Shown: one piece after another, positions 17,563 to 28,559 of the stretch
Layout: every line of letters begins with the position of its first letter
Position numbering within the stretch: the first letter of the stretch is position 1
Assembly: GCA_943788985.1 (NCBI GenBank)
Contig: CALSSJ010000044.1
Location: 11,845-75,844 of the forward strand
DNA length: 64,000 nucleotides
Origin: an uncultured Lentisphaerales bacterium
Lineage (GTDB): Bacteria > Verrucomicrobiota > Lentisphaeria > JABSQK01 > UBA12247
Direction of reading: 5' to 3'
Notes under the pieces: generated by a model
Databases searched by the model: none
Told to the model about the DNA's origin: nothing
The model's input: the letters and a program-made list of their open reading frames with translations, nothing else
Program-made: the position numbers and the translations under genes

Positions 17563-19850
17563 CTACTGAAACAGCTCCATGTATGGAACCACAGTCAGAT
17601 AGACCGCACAGCCGACAGCGGCCAGAGCTGCAAACCGAAGTCAGCGTATACAGAATACCAGGGGCAACATCGTCACCAGATGCCAAGTCCTCGGACGCTG
17701 TTGTTGGTTCTGCCTCATCGTCAGTGGTTGCCTTCGTCTTCCCGGCTGGCTGTTTCAGGCGAAGCGTCTTTTCCTTCTTCTTGGCAGCCCGCCTTGTGGT
17801 ACGCTGTGCTTCCTCTTCGGCTGGTGCAGCTTCCGGAGCCGCGACTGGATCACCCGAAGGTTTGCCTTGCGGTGGCTTAATCTTCAGTGTGGAACGAGAA
17901 GCTGCACGCTCGGGTGCGGCGGATTCAACTTGTGTAGGTGCCTTGATCTTAAGCGTGGAGACTTGATCCTCTCCCGCAGCAGGACGGCTGGGGGGGGGAA
18001 TCGCATCGCTATCCTGTGTCGGTGTCTCACCGTCTACAGCGGGTGCCTTGATCTTAAGCGTGGGACGCTTCTTCGACTTGGCTGTCGGAAGTCCGGGCTC
18101 AGAGGCCTCTGTGCTTGGCGTCTTAATATCTGCACGGGTCAGCCGTGCGGTTGGAGTCTCGCCTACCTGCGCTGCTGGCCCCTTAACCTTGAGTGTGCGC
18201 CGCTGCGCACCTTCACCAGCGCCAACGGCGGGAGGTGGCTGTTGAACGGTCCCTGTTTGGCTGACCTGCTGCGGCCCAGGAGACGGACGCAGACGAATAG
18301 TCTGACTTGCAGAGAGAATTCCGGCAAGCTGCTTCTTCTTTTCCTTGATCACCTTAAGGTGAACGGTCTCGGTATCCAGTGTGTCTTCCGCAGACGAAGG
18401 TCGGCGCTCGTCACCTGGCCTGATATGCAGGACGCCAGCTCCCCCTTCTCCATCTCTGGCAGCCATGGGATCGCTAATTCCAGGTACGGTAGTACCTGGC
18501 CGCGGCACGCGCTTGAGCCGAGCGGTTGCCTGATCGCGCGATGATGCGGCCGGCGATGCTACGCCGGGCGCTGTCGCGGGGCGGCCGGGGACGATGGGCT
18601 TGGCACGCAACGTGGAAGTGGCGGTTGGGTCGACCGGACGTTGGGACCTGGGACGTGCCCGAATGCTGGCGGTATCGGTGCCAATCGCACGACGCGAAAT
18701 ACTGGTAGATGTATCGGTCAAGCCAGGACGCGCGGCGGAGGGCTGCGGGCCAGAACCGCCACCTCGGGTGGGGGCTGACTTTACTCGGGCGCGGATGGCT
18801 GCGGTCTCGTCGGTCGAGTTTTCGACGCGCGTACTTGGTCCGGAGGCGAGGGCCGGATCGTTCGCACTAGCTCCTGGAGGCGGCGCAGATTCGCTGTCTT
18901 CGGTGGCAAACTCATTCGCTTGCATTGCTGGGGCGATCTGCGTGGCCAGCCGACGTTTGGCGCGCAGTGCACGGGTGCTATCGGTCGAAACGGCACTTGG
19001 GGCGACAGGGCGCCGACGAATGCCTTGCGTGGTATCTGAAGGTGTAGTGGCACCTGCCTCGTCTGTGGCGGCGCTGTCGACGGTCGCAGCTTCCCCATCA
19101 ATACTTCCGACTCTGCGGCGACGGCGAATGCTCTTGCTGCTGTCGCGATCTTTCTTCTGGAGAGCGACAGTGCCATCAGAAACGAGGCCACGTGGCGGTG
19201 GTACTAATTCGCTGTCTTCGGTCGGCGCATCTGCCCTTGGGCCGGTTGCGAATTGCCATCGTCGTATCGCTAATGGCAGGGGTACCCGCACCCGGTTTAC
19301 GACGCATCGACTTGCTGGTGTCCCGCACGCCCTTCTTCTGGACGGGCGACGTTCCGTCGCCCTTGCGCCGCAACATGGTGGTCGAATCAGTGGGGGCCAT
19401 CTGCGGCGACGGAGCCTGACGGGGCCGCAGATGTGCGGTCGTGTCACTCCACGCGCGCCGCTGGTCCTGGATCGTCCTGGGTCGTATTTCCGGGCTTGGT
19501 CGAAAGCCCTGGCCGAACGCCGAGTGGGCGGGTTGGTGTCCCGTGGGCTGCTGGCTGCTGACAGAAACGCGCGGCTTTGGCATGGCTGGAGCCTGACTAT
19601 TCGCAGAGACCGCCCGAATGTTTGCAGTCTCGATCTCTCTCCGGTTTCCTTCACAGGTCCACCTTCGGCCGAGCGCCGGGTGGAGTGGGTGAATGCTCCT
19701 GAGAACTTACCGTAGCTGCATGGCTGCGCGGCCCGGCCTTGGGCGCGCCAATCGGCTGGGGTCTTGTCCTCTCCGTCAGCAGGCAGGTTCGGTAGCCTGT
19801 CCAGGCACACGCAGGCTGAGCTTCTTCCGGAGGGGGGATTGGGTCGTCAT
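17563..19850 (-). pseudogene. Long low-complexity (Pro/Ala/Thr/Arg/Ser-rich) repeat protein with a C-terminal TM anchor; reading frame broken several times
   Basis: The 760-aa ORF 17528..19810 carries the reiterated motif TLKIKAP / TLKVKGP / TLKIKPP / TLRLKQP / TIRLRP. The best N-terminus, MTTQSPLRKKLSLRVPG (ATG 19850), and an internal QKKGVRDTSKSMRR repeat lie in other frames. The last 30 codons read as a TM helix (FAALAAVGCAVYLTVVPYMELFQ*, stop 17563-17565) only after a shift near 17632-17640. Confidence 0.45.
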
Positions 19851-19957
19851 TTGCCACTGTGATACCTCTTGATCGGTCTCGTTTCCACCGTCCAAACGCG
19901 GCAGGCACAACTCATGCCCTACCATAACGCGACGAACATGATTTGTAAACCCAACGA

Positions 19958-21353
19958 TCAGCCAAGGAAGCCTAAGTTGCGCTGGCTGAAGTTTCCTAGG
20001 TTTGGAAGCACGGTATCGATATCGGAATCGCTTACGCCAAACCATTTTGCCAAGGTGGCAGCGTATTGATCCACACTCGTGGTCGGCAGCCAGCGACCGC
20101 GACCGGTATCATGGGGACTGCTCTGCAGGTCAATATCCGGGAATTGCCCGTATACTTGTGCGCCGTCTACAGCACCGCCCAAGACAATATGGTGCCCGCC
20201 CCAGCCATGATCTGAGCCGCGACCATTGGAAATGAAAGTGCGGCCAAAGTCCGAGGCAGTAAAGGTGGTCACATTATTGGATACGCCGAGGGATTCCATC
20301 GTATCTTGGAAGGCGGTCAGCGCGCCACTGAGTCCGCCCAGCAATCCTGCGTGTGCCCCGAGCTGGTCGCCGTGAGTATCGAATCCGCCTGTGGCGCAGA
20401 AGAAGATCTGCCGCCGCATCCCCAATGCCTCGCGTTGCTCGATCACGCGGGGCTGCGGAGCGCAACTGCTGGCCAAGACCGGAGTTTGGAAAATTCTCAA
20501 AGTCCGTGGCCCCTTCCATGGCCACATTGAACAGCCTCTGAGGTCTCGATCGCGGTGTTATTCACATCGGAAAAGGTGCGTTCGAGCAGATTGTCGTGGG
20601 TACGGTCGAACATCCCCTTTACCGTTTCAAACTTGGTCTTGTCATCGGTACGCCAGCTCGTGCGTAGTCGAAAGTCAGATCGCCTGTCCCCCTGAGACTG
20701 GCACGGGGAGAACCGATTTCCTCCTGTCTGAAAAAAGTTATTGCCAGACATGGACAGGTTCATGGAAATCGTGCTGTCGTTATGAACGGAATGCAGGAGA
20801 TCGGCGATACGGCCACCCCAACCGGATGAATGGTAGTGCGCCGGGGCTGTGACGGACACTTGTCTGCCACAGAACTTGCTGATCATTATGGGAGAACAGC
20901 TGTGGCGGCAGTGCCGAGGAACCATTGCGGAAGTCATCCAATGTCACGGGGCGCAAGCAGGGTGCCGAGATTCGCCACCATGGCGGCATCACCACGATTC
21001 ACCAGACCGGCCATGCCCGCCATCGCCGGATGCAGGCCATAAAGCCTGCCTGCCGCATCAGGTGAGTTCAAGAGTTGCAGCGCGTCGAGCGGCAAGGTCA
21101 GATTCTGACGCGCCGCGGCGTAGATGGCGTGCTGGCTGGCATCGGCGGGGAATCAGCATGTTCGCGGAGTCGTTTCCTCCGAAAAGAAAGACACATACCA
21201 GCGCCTTGTAGTCTGTAGGATCGCTATTTGCCGCGGCAGCGTTGACCTGCCGCAAGTTAAAAAGGGTATGCGCGAGGCTGCTGGTACCAACGGCGGTACA
21301 GCAGCACCAAACCGGAGAAAATCGCGACGGGTAATTTGGTCCATACTCATCAC
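19958..21353 (-). pseudogene. DUF1501 family (sulfatase-fold) protein with Tat signal, fragmented into at least 5 frames
   Basis: Pieces in order: MMSMDQITRRDFLRFGAA (Tat signal); DYKALVCVFLFGGNDSANMLIP; PPQLFSHNDQQ..WQT; GWGGRIADLL; and a 189-aa C-terminal piece with GGFDTHGDQ, TASDFGRT and GSDHGWGGHH. Each piece lies in a different frame. Confidence 0.8.
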
Positions 21354-21359
21354 TCTCTC

Positions 21360-23037
21360 CTACTTCTGGATGACATATTCGGGCGAACTGTAGATGAGCT
21401 GCAGAACAGCAATAACTTGGTCGTCAGTATCTTGTGAGATTGCGGCCAGCGTCTGGGCAATTTCGGCCTGCATCTCGGGGGACATATCGCCGTCCATCAG
21501 CAGGACGTTGAGGGAATCGACCAGTATGGCCGGGGCAGCGGCGAGGGCTTCGTACCCGGAATAGTCCAAATACACGCTCGGGTGCATCCAGTGCGTACCC
21601 AAGCCATAGGCAATTCCCTGATGAAAGTAGTTCGCGGTATCGATCGCGGTCAGATCGTTGATCATTTGGAACTCGGGCGCGAAGACCCGTTGCTCTCGGG
21701 CCTCGCCGACGGGGATGTAATCAGGTTCAAAGAAGTTAAATACGCTCTTGGCGTAGAACGGTGCTTGGCCCATGACATCGGCCAGTGACGTATCGAATGT
21801 GTATCGCCCAAAGGTGGGAGGATTCCACGTCGGTGCCGCACGAAAGGCCCGCACCAGTTGCGTCAGACGAACGATAGGCTCACGAACCTTACCAGCCGTG
21901 TCCTTGGCAGCCTGTTCAAGAGAACGTGCCTCTGGATCCAGCAGGATGGCTCGAACCACGGCGGAGAGATCGCCGCGCACGCCATGCCCATTGTCGTCAA
22001 ACTGCTGCGCAACCCGATAGATATAGCCCGGAGAGGGATTGCTGGTCACCAGGCGCTGGATCATGCGCCGGGCGATGAACGGGCCAACATTCGGGTGTTG
22101 AAAGACGCTATCGATGACGCTCTGGCAATCCTGATAGGCCGTCTGCCCAGCCGGCACAACCTGCCCCCTCAGAAGCACTTTCTCGCTGGTATCGTGATAC
22201 TCCTCAAACGCCATCAGTGGCGCGAGTTCCTGCCGTGGATCAGAAGATGTCCAATAAAAGTTGGTCGAGCCGCTGAAGGTCCAGCCAGTCAGAGCCTTAG
22301 CAAAGTTTAGAATCTCGTCCTGACTATAAGTCTCGAGCGGCACCCCCGCTCTCATCCACTTTCAGACTACCATCTGGATTGAGCGCGTTCAGGCCGATCG
22401 AAAACAGCTGCATAATTTCCCGGGCGTAGTTCTCATCGGGTAGTGTGCCGGTGACCGGATTGGCCTTGGCATTGCGCAGCATGGTGAGGTAGATGCCCAT
22501 CATAGGATTGAGCGTCACCTCTTCGAGAATCTGCCGATAATTCCCGAAGGCATTGCGGACTAGGATGTCGTAGTAATTGGTCACACCACGCGTCCGGCGA
22601 CTCAATGCCGACGAATGATCCGATATCACGACTATCTCGCTCAGGGCAAACGCCACACGCTGGCGCAGTTGATCCTGCGAGTCGATTGCAATCGTCCACC
22701 ACGTAAAGGCGCGCTCTCGAGCATTATCGACGCCGATAAAACCTTGGTCGGTCAACTCGCGGGTCTTGTCCAGCACCGGCAAATGCAAAGTAGCCGGCAT
22801 GGCGATCTGGCTGTTCAGCCAGCCCTCGAATCCCAGTGTCTGTACCTCGGAAATCAGCGCTGGTGTCGCACCGAACGTCGCCTGATTAAGAAACCGGGCC
22901 AACTCCGCATCCGAGGGCCGTTCCCGAAGGGCTATACTCCGGAACCGGCGGAACGGGAAAGTCTGCATCATCAGCATCTGGCGGAACGGAGGCGATCGGA
23001 TCAGTGGCCGGTTCGACAGGCACAAACTCCGGCACAT
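21360..23037 (-). pseudogene. DUF1800 domain (C-terminal part of the giant PA14 protein), split near 22330-22350
   Basis: ORF 22324..23037 has ARFLNQATFGATPALISEV...GWLNSQI and ORF 21360..22355 supplies the rest of the domain. The upstream frame continues without a start or RBS from the PA14 fragment 22886..23173 (…PDADDADFPVPPV / ERPSDAELARFLNQATFG). Confidence 0.75.
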
Positions 23038-24663
23038 ACAGCTCCGGCATTGTAATGCCTTCAGGGATATAGGGCGAGAGAAATGCCCCGGTCACGATTT
23101 CAAACGTATCGCGGTCGGGTCGAAGCCATTGTACGGTCACGTGGTCATCGCCCCAGCCTTCCTTGTGCAGCACCTCTACATAGTACCCGCTGTCCTTGAG
23201 CAGGTAGGCTGGCGCGGAATATTGGGACGGATATTTATCCCACTCGCCAATATCGGTGTTTCCCCGGCACGTGCGCTGTGATCACATGGTATGCAACGGC
23301 TGTATCCGACATCTGTTGCCAAAAATCCCACGCTGTCGCCAGCAGCATTTAACATGAAGTACGCATCGTCATCGCCCTGCAATTCGGAAACGGTAGAGGG
23401 CCGTCCTCAGGGACATGTAGATAGCCGCGCAGACGCTGCCCGTATTGATCCCCGCGATTCACCTCGGTTTCCAACGCCCCCGATCAGATCGCGCGAAGTC
23501 GGCTCGTGTGGGTAGCTAGGATCGCCAAGCAACGAGTACAATCGGTAGTGCCCCCACCTGCTCCCAGACCTCATGCAGAATAGCACCTGTTTCCTTCGGC
23601 CAGTGCATCGCCTATGGACACGTTCACATTCGCGGTCCTGACATTTAAGCCATCATTTGCGCTGAGGCGCAGGACGTACGATCCCGGCTGTGGAAATCTC
23701 ACAACAGTCCTGCGGATCAGTCGAGTCTGCGAACTCCACCACTGCTGGCCCAGAGACCTGAGACCATTCAATCGCCAGAGCCAACGGGCCTGCATACAGG
23801 TCGATCACCCAGCCCTCAAGCTGGCGCACATGATCGGGGCCCAATGGGCGTCGATGTCGCGCCCCCCCACGACCAGCAACTCATTCTCGCGCGCTGGCGC
23901 ATCATAAAAATGGCGCGAGAAACGTCCCGTCGATCACGACCGGCTCTTCGTCTGCACCCTGGCGTTGCCAGGCCACGGCCAGATGCTCGCTGCTCCAGCC
24001 TTGTTTGTGCAGCACATCGAGATAGATCTTCTGACCGGCACTCAAACTGAGGACCTCGCTGTACTGGGAATCCCGCTGCGTCCAATTCTGATAGCTCACC
24101 CAGCCTTCGACGCTGGCCCACCGGCTGGGCGCTGGCCGGTGTCCCGTCCAGCCCCAAGCTCAGGCTGCTATGGTCATCGCTGGCGATAAAGAACTGGTAG
24201 TCTCCGTCGGCTGGGACAATGAAGATAACCCCGGTAGCGGGCCACGTAGTGCTCCGTAAAACCTCAGAGGACCTTCCAGGGCGGGCATGAGTTCTGAGAA
24301 CGTCGGTTCGAGCGGATAGCCCTCGGCGTTCGCCACGTCCGTCAGGCGCGCACCGTAGGCATCGAGCCAGACCTCACGCAGGATCGAGCCGGCGTTCGGC
24401 CCTAACGGCTCACGAACCAGCACGTCGATCTCGTCTGCGGCTGCATTCATGCCGTCTGTTGCGAACAGCATCAGGGTGTACGTGCCAGGCTCACTGAATG
24501 TCGCCGACGTAGCAGGATAGGCAGGATCCGAGAAGGTCACGCTGCCCGGGCCGGCGGCCTTGCTCCACAGATAGGTCAAGCTCTCTGGTCCCGTCCACCA
24601 TGTCGTACACCGTCCCGAGAAAATCAAGCTGGTTGCGAGGCCAGTACGTGTCCTGATCTTCAC
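22886..24663 (-). pseudogene. PA14 / Ig-like modules 5 and 6 of the giant protein, fragmented by many frameshifts
   Basis: Fragments include GSILREVWLDAYGARL...YPLEPTF; VPADGDYQFFIASDDHSSLSLG; SYQNWTQRDSQYSEVLSLSAGQKIYLDVLHKQGWSSEHLAVAWQ; ILHEVWEQVGG..; GDDDAYFMLNAAGDS; and YYVEVLHKEGWGDDHVTVQW. They follow the same order as the intact modules upstream but sit in alternating frames. Confidence 0.75.
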
Positions 24664-27600
24664 CGGCGATCACCAGAATGTCTTCATTGCGCGTTTGAAC
24701 AGCGGCGAAAGGCTCGAGAAAAGATGCCTGGATGACTTCGCGTTCAAAAAGCGCCGGCCCTTCCCATTGCACGGCAAAGTGATCGTGTCCGGCTGTTTCT
24801 CTGTGGAGGAGCTCGATGTAGTAGCGCTGCCCGGCCTGCAAGGTGACCGGCTCTGACTCCTGAGCGGCCGTGCGAATCTGCCGCACGCTGTTCCAATCAT
24901 CCGTAAAGGCAACCACCGCAGTGTCAGCGGCAGAATCTGTGACGCTCAGTAACAGAGTCGCCTCACGATCGCCGGACACGTAAAAGGTGTACTCGCCGGT
25001 GGCCGGCGGATGCAGGTAGCCTCGCACACGCGTGCCGTAGTGGTAGCCCCCAATGACTCGGCCCCTCAAAGGTACTGAGGTGGTCACTGAACGTTGGCGA
25101 ATCAGGATAGCGCTCGTCTTCTCTACCAAGTCCTCAACCGAGCCACCACGTACGTCCAGCCATACCTCGCGCAGAATGCCACCGACAGCCTGATTCAGCG
25201 GCTCAAGCACGGTCACCATGACCGTGTCACGGTGACTGGCAGCATCACAGGTCACTGTCAGCTCCAGTTCATAAACACCGGGCGCCTGCAAGGTCAACGT
25301 GGTCTCGGGATCGCTTGCAGCCAGAAAACCGGCCCCCGCAGGGCCACTCAGCTGCCGCCACCGGACTGCTGGCTCTCCATCTTGGCCACGTCGAAACTGG
25401 ATTCTGCCAGCCAGCGCCAACTCACTACGTGGGAAATAGATCTCGCGATCTGGTCCGGCGTCTGCGAAGACCTTAATTGCCTCGTCGACAGGCGCGGCGT
25501 CCTCTCTACTCCACGGAGAAAGCATACTACCGGGAACAATAGACAGTGCTGGCGACCATGGCGTGGACCAGGCAACGGCCACATGATCACCACCCCAGCC
25601 CTCTTTGTGCAGGACTTCGACATAATACCGCTCACCAGCCTCCAATTCCACCCAGATAGAAAGTTGCTCTTCGTACCGATCCCAATCTTCGGGAGACGTC
25701 GCCCCCGGGACCTGCGCGATCAATGTTGCCGTCGCGGGATCGTCGCCAGCCCCCAGCAGCAGTTGACACTCGTCATCCCCCGAAATCGCAAACCTATACT
25801 GCCCGCTCACGGGGGCATGCAGATAGCCACGAATCCGCGTCCCGTAGCCGTCGCTCCAATGAACCGGCGTCGCCAAGCGTGGAAGCAGATCACGAAAATA
25901 TGGATTGTCCGGGTAATTCTCGTGATTCAGCAGTAGCTGTACCTCGTTGTACCAGACATCAGTCCACACCTCGCGTAGAATTGAACCGGTATTTGGTGCC
26001 AGTGCGCGGTGCAAACGAACGATGACCTCATCGCTATGCACCACCGCACCTTCGATGCTGGCATCCAGGCGGATTACGTATTCGCCCTCAGCCGGGAGCG
26101 TCAGTGCGGTAGTCTCTCCTGTTTGATCGGCGATCGCTGCCTGAGTCGGCCCATCAATCTGCGTCCACCGAAAGGTCACCAGTTCTGGCTCCACGCTCAT
26201 GGCGAAGACCTGCGCGGTGAGCGTCGTCTCCTGCTGCGGGCAGTACACCTCCTGATCATCACCGGCATATGCCACAGCGACCGGCAATGCCGTGGCGCGC
26301 GGCGCGTCCAAATAGGGCATCAAAAACACGGAATCAATCACCTGGCGTTCGATGTCCGGCCCTTGCCAGCCGACCGTCAGATAGTCGTGTCCACCGCCGT
26401 CCTTGTGAATTGCCCGAATTAGGTAACTCCGACCGGCCTCAAGCTCGATCTCGGCGGAAGCCTGCGAGTCCCGATAGTCCCAATTCCGGTAGCTGGTCCA
26501 GATATTCAGGTGGGCGATCTGCGTCAGACCAGCAGCGTCTTCGCTGTCGCTGAGAAACAGCGCACTATGGTCGTCGCTAGCGATGAAGAAGCGGTAGGTG
26601 CCAGTTGTTGGCGGCACCAGCAGCGCAGTCAATTGCTGCCCGTAGTTATCGGCCCAAGGCTCTGGAGTCTCGAACGACTCAAGCGTGTCCACCACCATCG
26701 GCGCTTGGAGATACGCCTCGCTCGAAAGCAAGTTATCCACCCCGCCGCCGGAAACTCCCAGCCACACTTCACGAGTCACGCCCGTCACGCCCTCAATCAG
26801 ACTCTGCCGGAGAGCAATTTCCACGTTGTCCACCGCCAGGTTGTAGCCGTCCACTGCCGTGACCTGAAATTCATACACTCCAGCGGCTGGCAAGGCCACC
26901 GTCGTCTCAAGCGCGCTAGGGTCTGCGATGTTCGCAACGCCCAGCCCCGACACTTGCCGCCACTCCACCTCGACTTCGGCATCCCAACGACGCTTAAAAT
27001 AGTCTGCCTTCAGCCTGAATGTCTGCCGCGGCAGATAGCCGCTGCTATCCGGCCCGGCTCCAACCGCGAGTTCTACGCGGGGCAACAGCAGGGGCGCTGG
27101 CTGAACTGGTGACAAGTGTGTGCCCCCAATAGCCTGGCGTTCAAACACCCCTTCCAGTTCCCAGGCCACGGACAAACTGTCTCCGCCGCCAGCTTCCTTT
27201 TGCAGCCCTTCGATGTAGTACACTTGGCCAGCCTCCAGGTGGACTGCCACGGAGCGCTGTTCCTGAAATTTATCCCACTCCAGCGCCGCGGTCCAATCGC
27301 TCACAGTGGCGATTAGCACGGCTCCGCTAGGGTGCTCCGAATCAGAAAGATAAAGGGCACACTGGTCATCGCCAGAGACCCAGAACACGTAGTCGCCTGT
27401 GACCGGAGGATGAAGATAGCCATGGACACGCGCTCCATAGCCCCAGCCCCAATTCACTGGGGTTGCGAAGCTGGTGAGCGCATCGCTAAAAGTCGGATTG
27501 TCCGGGTAGGTCGCGTGCTGCACCAGGTCAACAAGCCGCTTCCCCCAGATCCCTGTCCAGACTTCGCGGGTCACGGTTCCGCGCTCAAGCGCATTCGTGC

Positions 27601-28354
27601 CAGTTATGTGGGCTGCGTAGTCCGCAATGTTGGACATCCCGTCAAAATTCACGTCCCGCTCTCTGTCATGGGAGCCCGGATCGAGTCCCTTAGCCAGCTC
27701 GTAGGCGTCATGCATGCCGTCACTGTCCGCGTCATCAAACATCGGATTTTTGCCCGTAACATACAACTCGTCGACACAAACCGGCCCGGCAAACGTCAGC
27801 TCACGAAGGCTCTGCGCGGCGCCGCTCAACGGCAGATCTGCGGCGAGCAGCCGTTTGTTGCCATACAAATCCCAGCGTTCCCGCAAAAAATCGATGCGGG
27901 CCGTAATCCGCAGCCAAATCTTCGAATGCCCGGCCGCGTCCACCGGAATCCGGCACTCCGTCAGCAGCCACGCGCTGTTCGCCCAAACCGCCACCACGCC
28001 AGCATCTGCACCGTCTGCCACGAAACCGATCGCCGCGGTGTCCGCAATCAAGAACGGCGTTTCCGCCACGCCGGGCCGGTAGTAGGCATCCACAAACACC
28101 GTCGCGGACTCATTCTCGCGAAAGGGAATTGTCGCCTCACCACTAGCCTCAACCACCAGGCTCTGACTGTGCTTCGCCTGATCGGCTGAGGTGATGGACA
28201 CCCCACCCGCAACCGTCCAGCCTAGCTCCGTCAGGTCACTGTCGACCGCGTAGTTCTCCCACGTTTCGAACCGGACTCGCTCCGGTATCTTGTTCTGCGC
28301 CTCGGCATAGAAGGCGGCAAAAGTCATGGCCAGTAGTAATATCCTTGCTGTCAC
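24491..28354 (-). CDS. Giant secreted PA14-repeat protein, intact N-terminal 1287 codons (signal peptide, jelly-roll-like N-domain, Ca-binding-type DxDxDG segment, then 4 Ig-like + PA14 modules)
   Basis: Signal MTARILLLAMTFAAFYAEAQ, then DADSDGMHDAYE..DVNFDGMSNIADY. Four units of about 260 aa each have (T/L)REVW...YPDNP...YG.R..GYLHPP.(T/S)G.Y.F..SGDD...L.LS...LEAG..YYIE.L.KE..GGD...V.W. The ORF ends only because of a frame change near 24590. Confidence 0.85.
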   Translation of the reverse strand: MTARILLLAMTFAAFYAEAQNKIPERVRFETWENYAVDSDLTELGWTVAGGVSITSADQAKHSQSLVVEASGEATIPFRENESATVFVDAYYRPGVAETPFLIADTAAIGFVADGADAGVVAVWANSAWLLTECRIPVDAAGHSKIWLRITARIDFLRERWDLYGNKRLLAADLPLSGAAQSLRELTFAGPVCVDELYVTGKNPMFDDADSDGMHDAYELAKGLDPGSHDRERDVNFDGMSNIADYAAHITGTNALERGTVTREVWTGIWGKRLVDLVQHATYPDNPTFSDALTSFATPVNWGWGYGARVHGYLHPPVTGDYVFWVSGDDQCALYLSDSEHPSGAVLIATVSDWTAALEWDKFQEQRSVAVHLEAGQVYYIEGLQKEAGGGDSLSVAWELEGVFERQAIGGTHLSPVQPAPLLLPRVELAVGAGPDSSGYLPRQTFRLKADYFKRRWDAEVEVEWRQVSGLGVANIADPSALETTVALPAAGVYEFQVTAVDGYNLAVDNVEIALRQSLIEGVTGVTREVWLGVSGGGVDNLLSSEAYLQAPMVVDTLESFETPEPWADNYGQQLTALLVPPTTGTYRFFIASDDHSALFLSDSEDAAGLTQIAHLNIWTSYRNWDYRDSQASAEIELEAGRSYLIRAIHKDGGGHDYLTVGWQGPDIERQVIDSVFLMPYLDAPRATALPVAVAYAGDDQEVYCPQQETTLTAQVFAMSVEPELVTFRWTQIDGPTQAAIADQTGETTALTLPAEGEYVIRLDASIEGAVVHSDEVIVRLHRALAPNTGSILREVWTDVWYNEVQLLLNHENYPDNPYFRDLLPRLATPVHWSDGYGTRIRGYLHAPVSGQYRFAISGDDECQLLLGAGDDPATATLIAQVPGATSPEDWDRYEEQLSIWVELEAGERYYVEVLHKEGWGGDHVAVAWSTPWSPALSIVPGSMLSPWSREDAAPVDEAIKVFADAGPDREIYFPRSELALAGRIQFRRGQDGEPAVRWRQLSGPAGAGFLAASDPETTLTLQAPGVYELELTVTCDAASHRDTVMVTVLEPLNQAVGGILREVWLDVRGGSVEDLVEKTSAILIRQRSVTTSVPLRGRVIGGYHYGTRVRGYLHPPATGEYTFYVSGDREATLLLSVTDSAADTAVVAFTDDWNSVRQIRTAAQESEPVTLQAGQRYYIELLHRETAGHDHFAVQWEGPALFEREVIQASFLEPFAAVQTRNEDILVIAGEDQDTYWPRNQLDFLGTVYDMVDGTRELDLSVEQGRRPGQRDLLGSCLSCYVGDIQ

Positions 28355-28559
28355 GTCTCATCGCTCTCTGGGTATAGCCTTCTCGGTAACAAAACGATCT
28401 TCGATTAACCTACCGTAGGTAGTTTGTGGCGTTAGGACAATCCCGATTTCCCATAATAACCCGGAAATATCTGCGATGGTTGCCACTTGCCTGTTGCAGG
28501 GTGGCTGCCTGAGGGTAGATTTCAATCTACTCGTTCCTGTCGAACCAGCCGTAGGGGCT

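Noticed and set aside
28410-28422. Palindrome CTACCGTAGGTAG in the divergent region between the giant PA14 gene and the MmcB-like gene, a possible operator.
   Set aside because: It is only 5-3-5 and such matches are expected by chance in 64 kb. There is no second copy or associated regulator.
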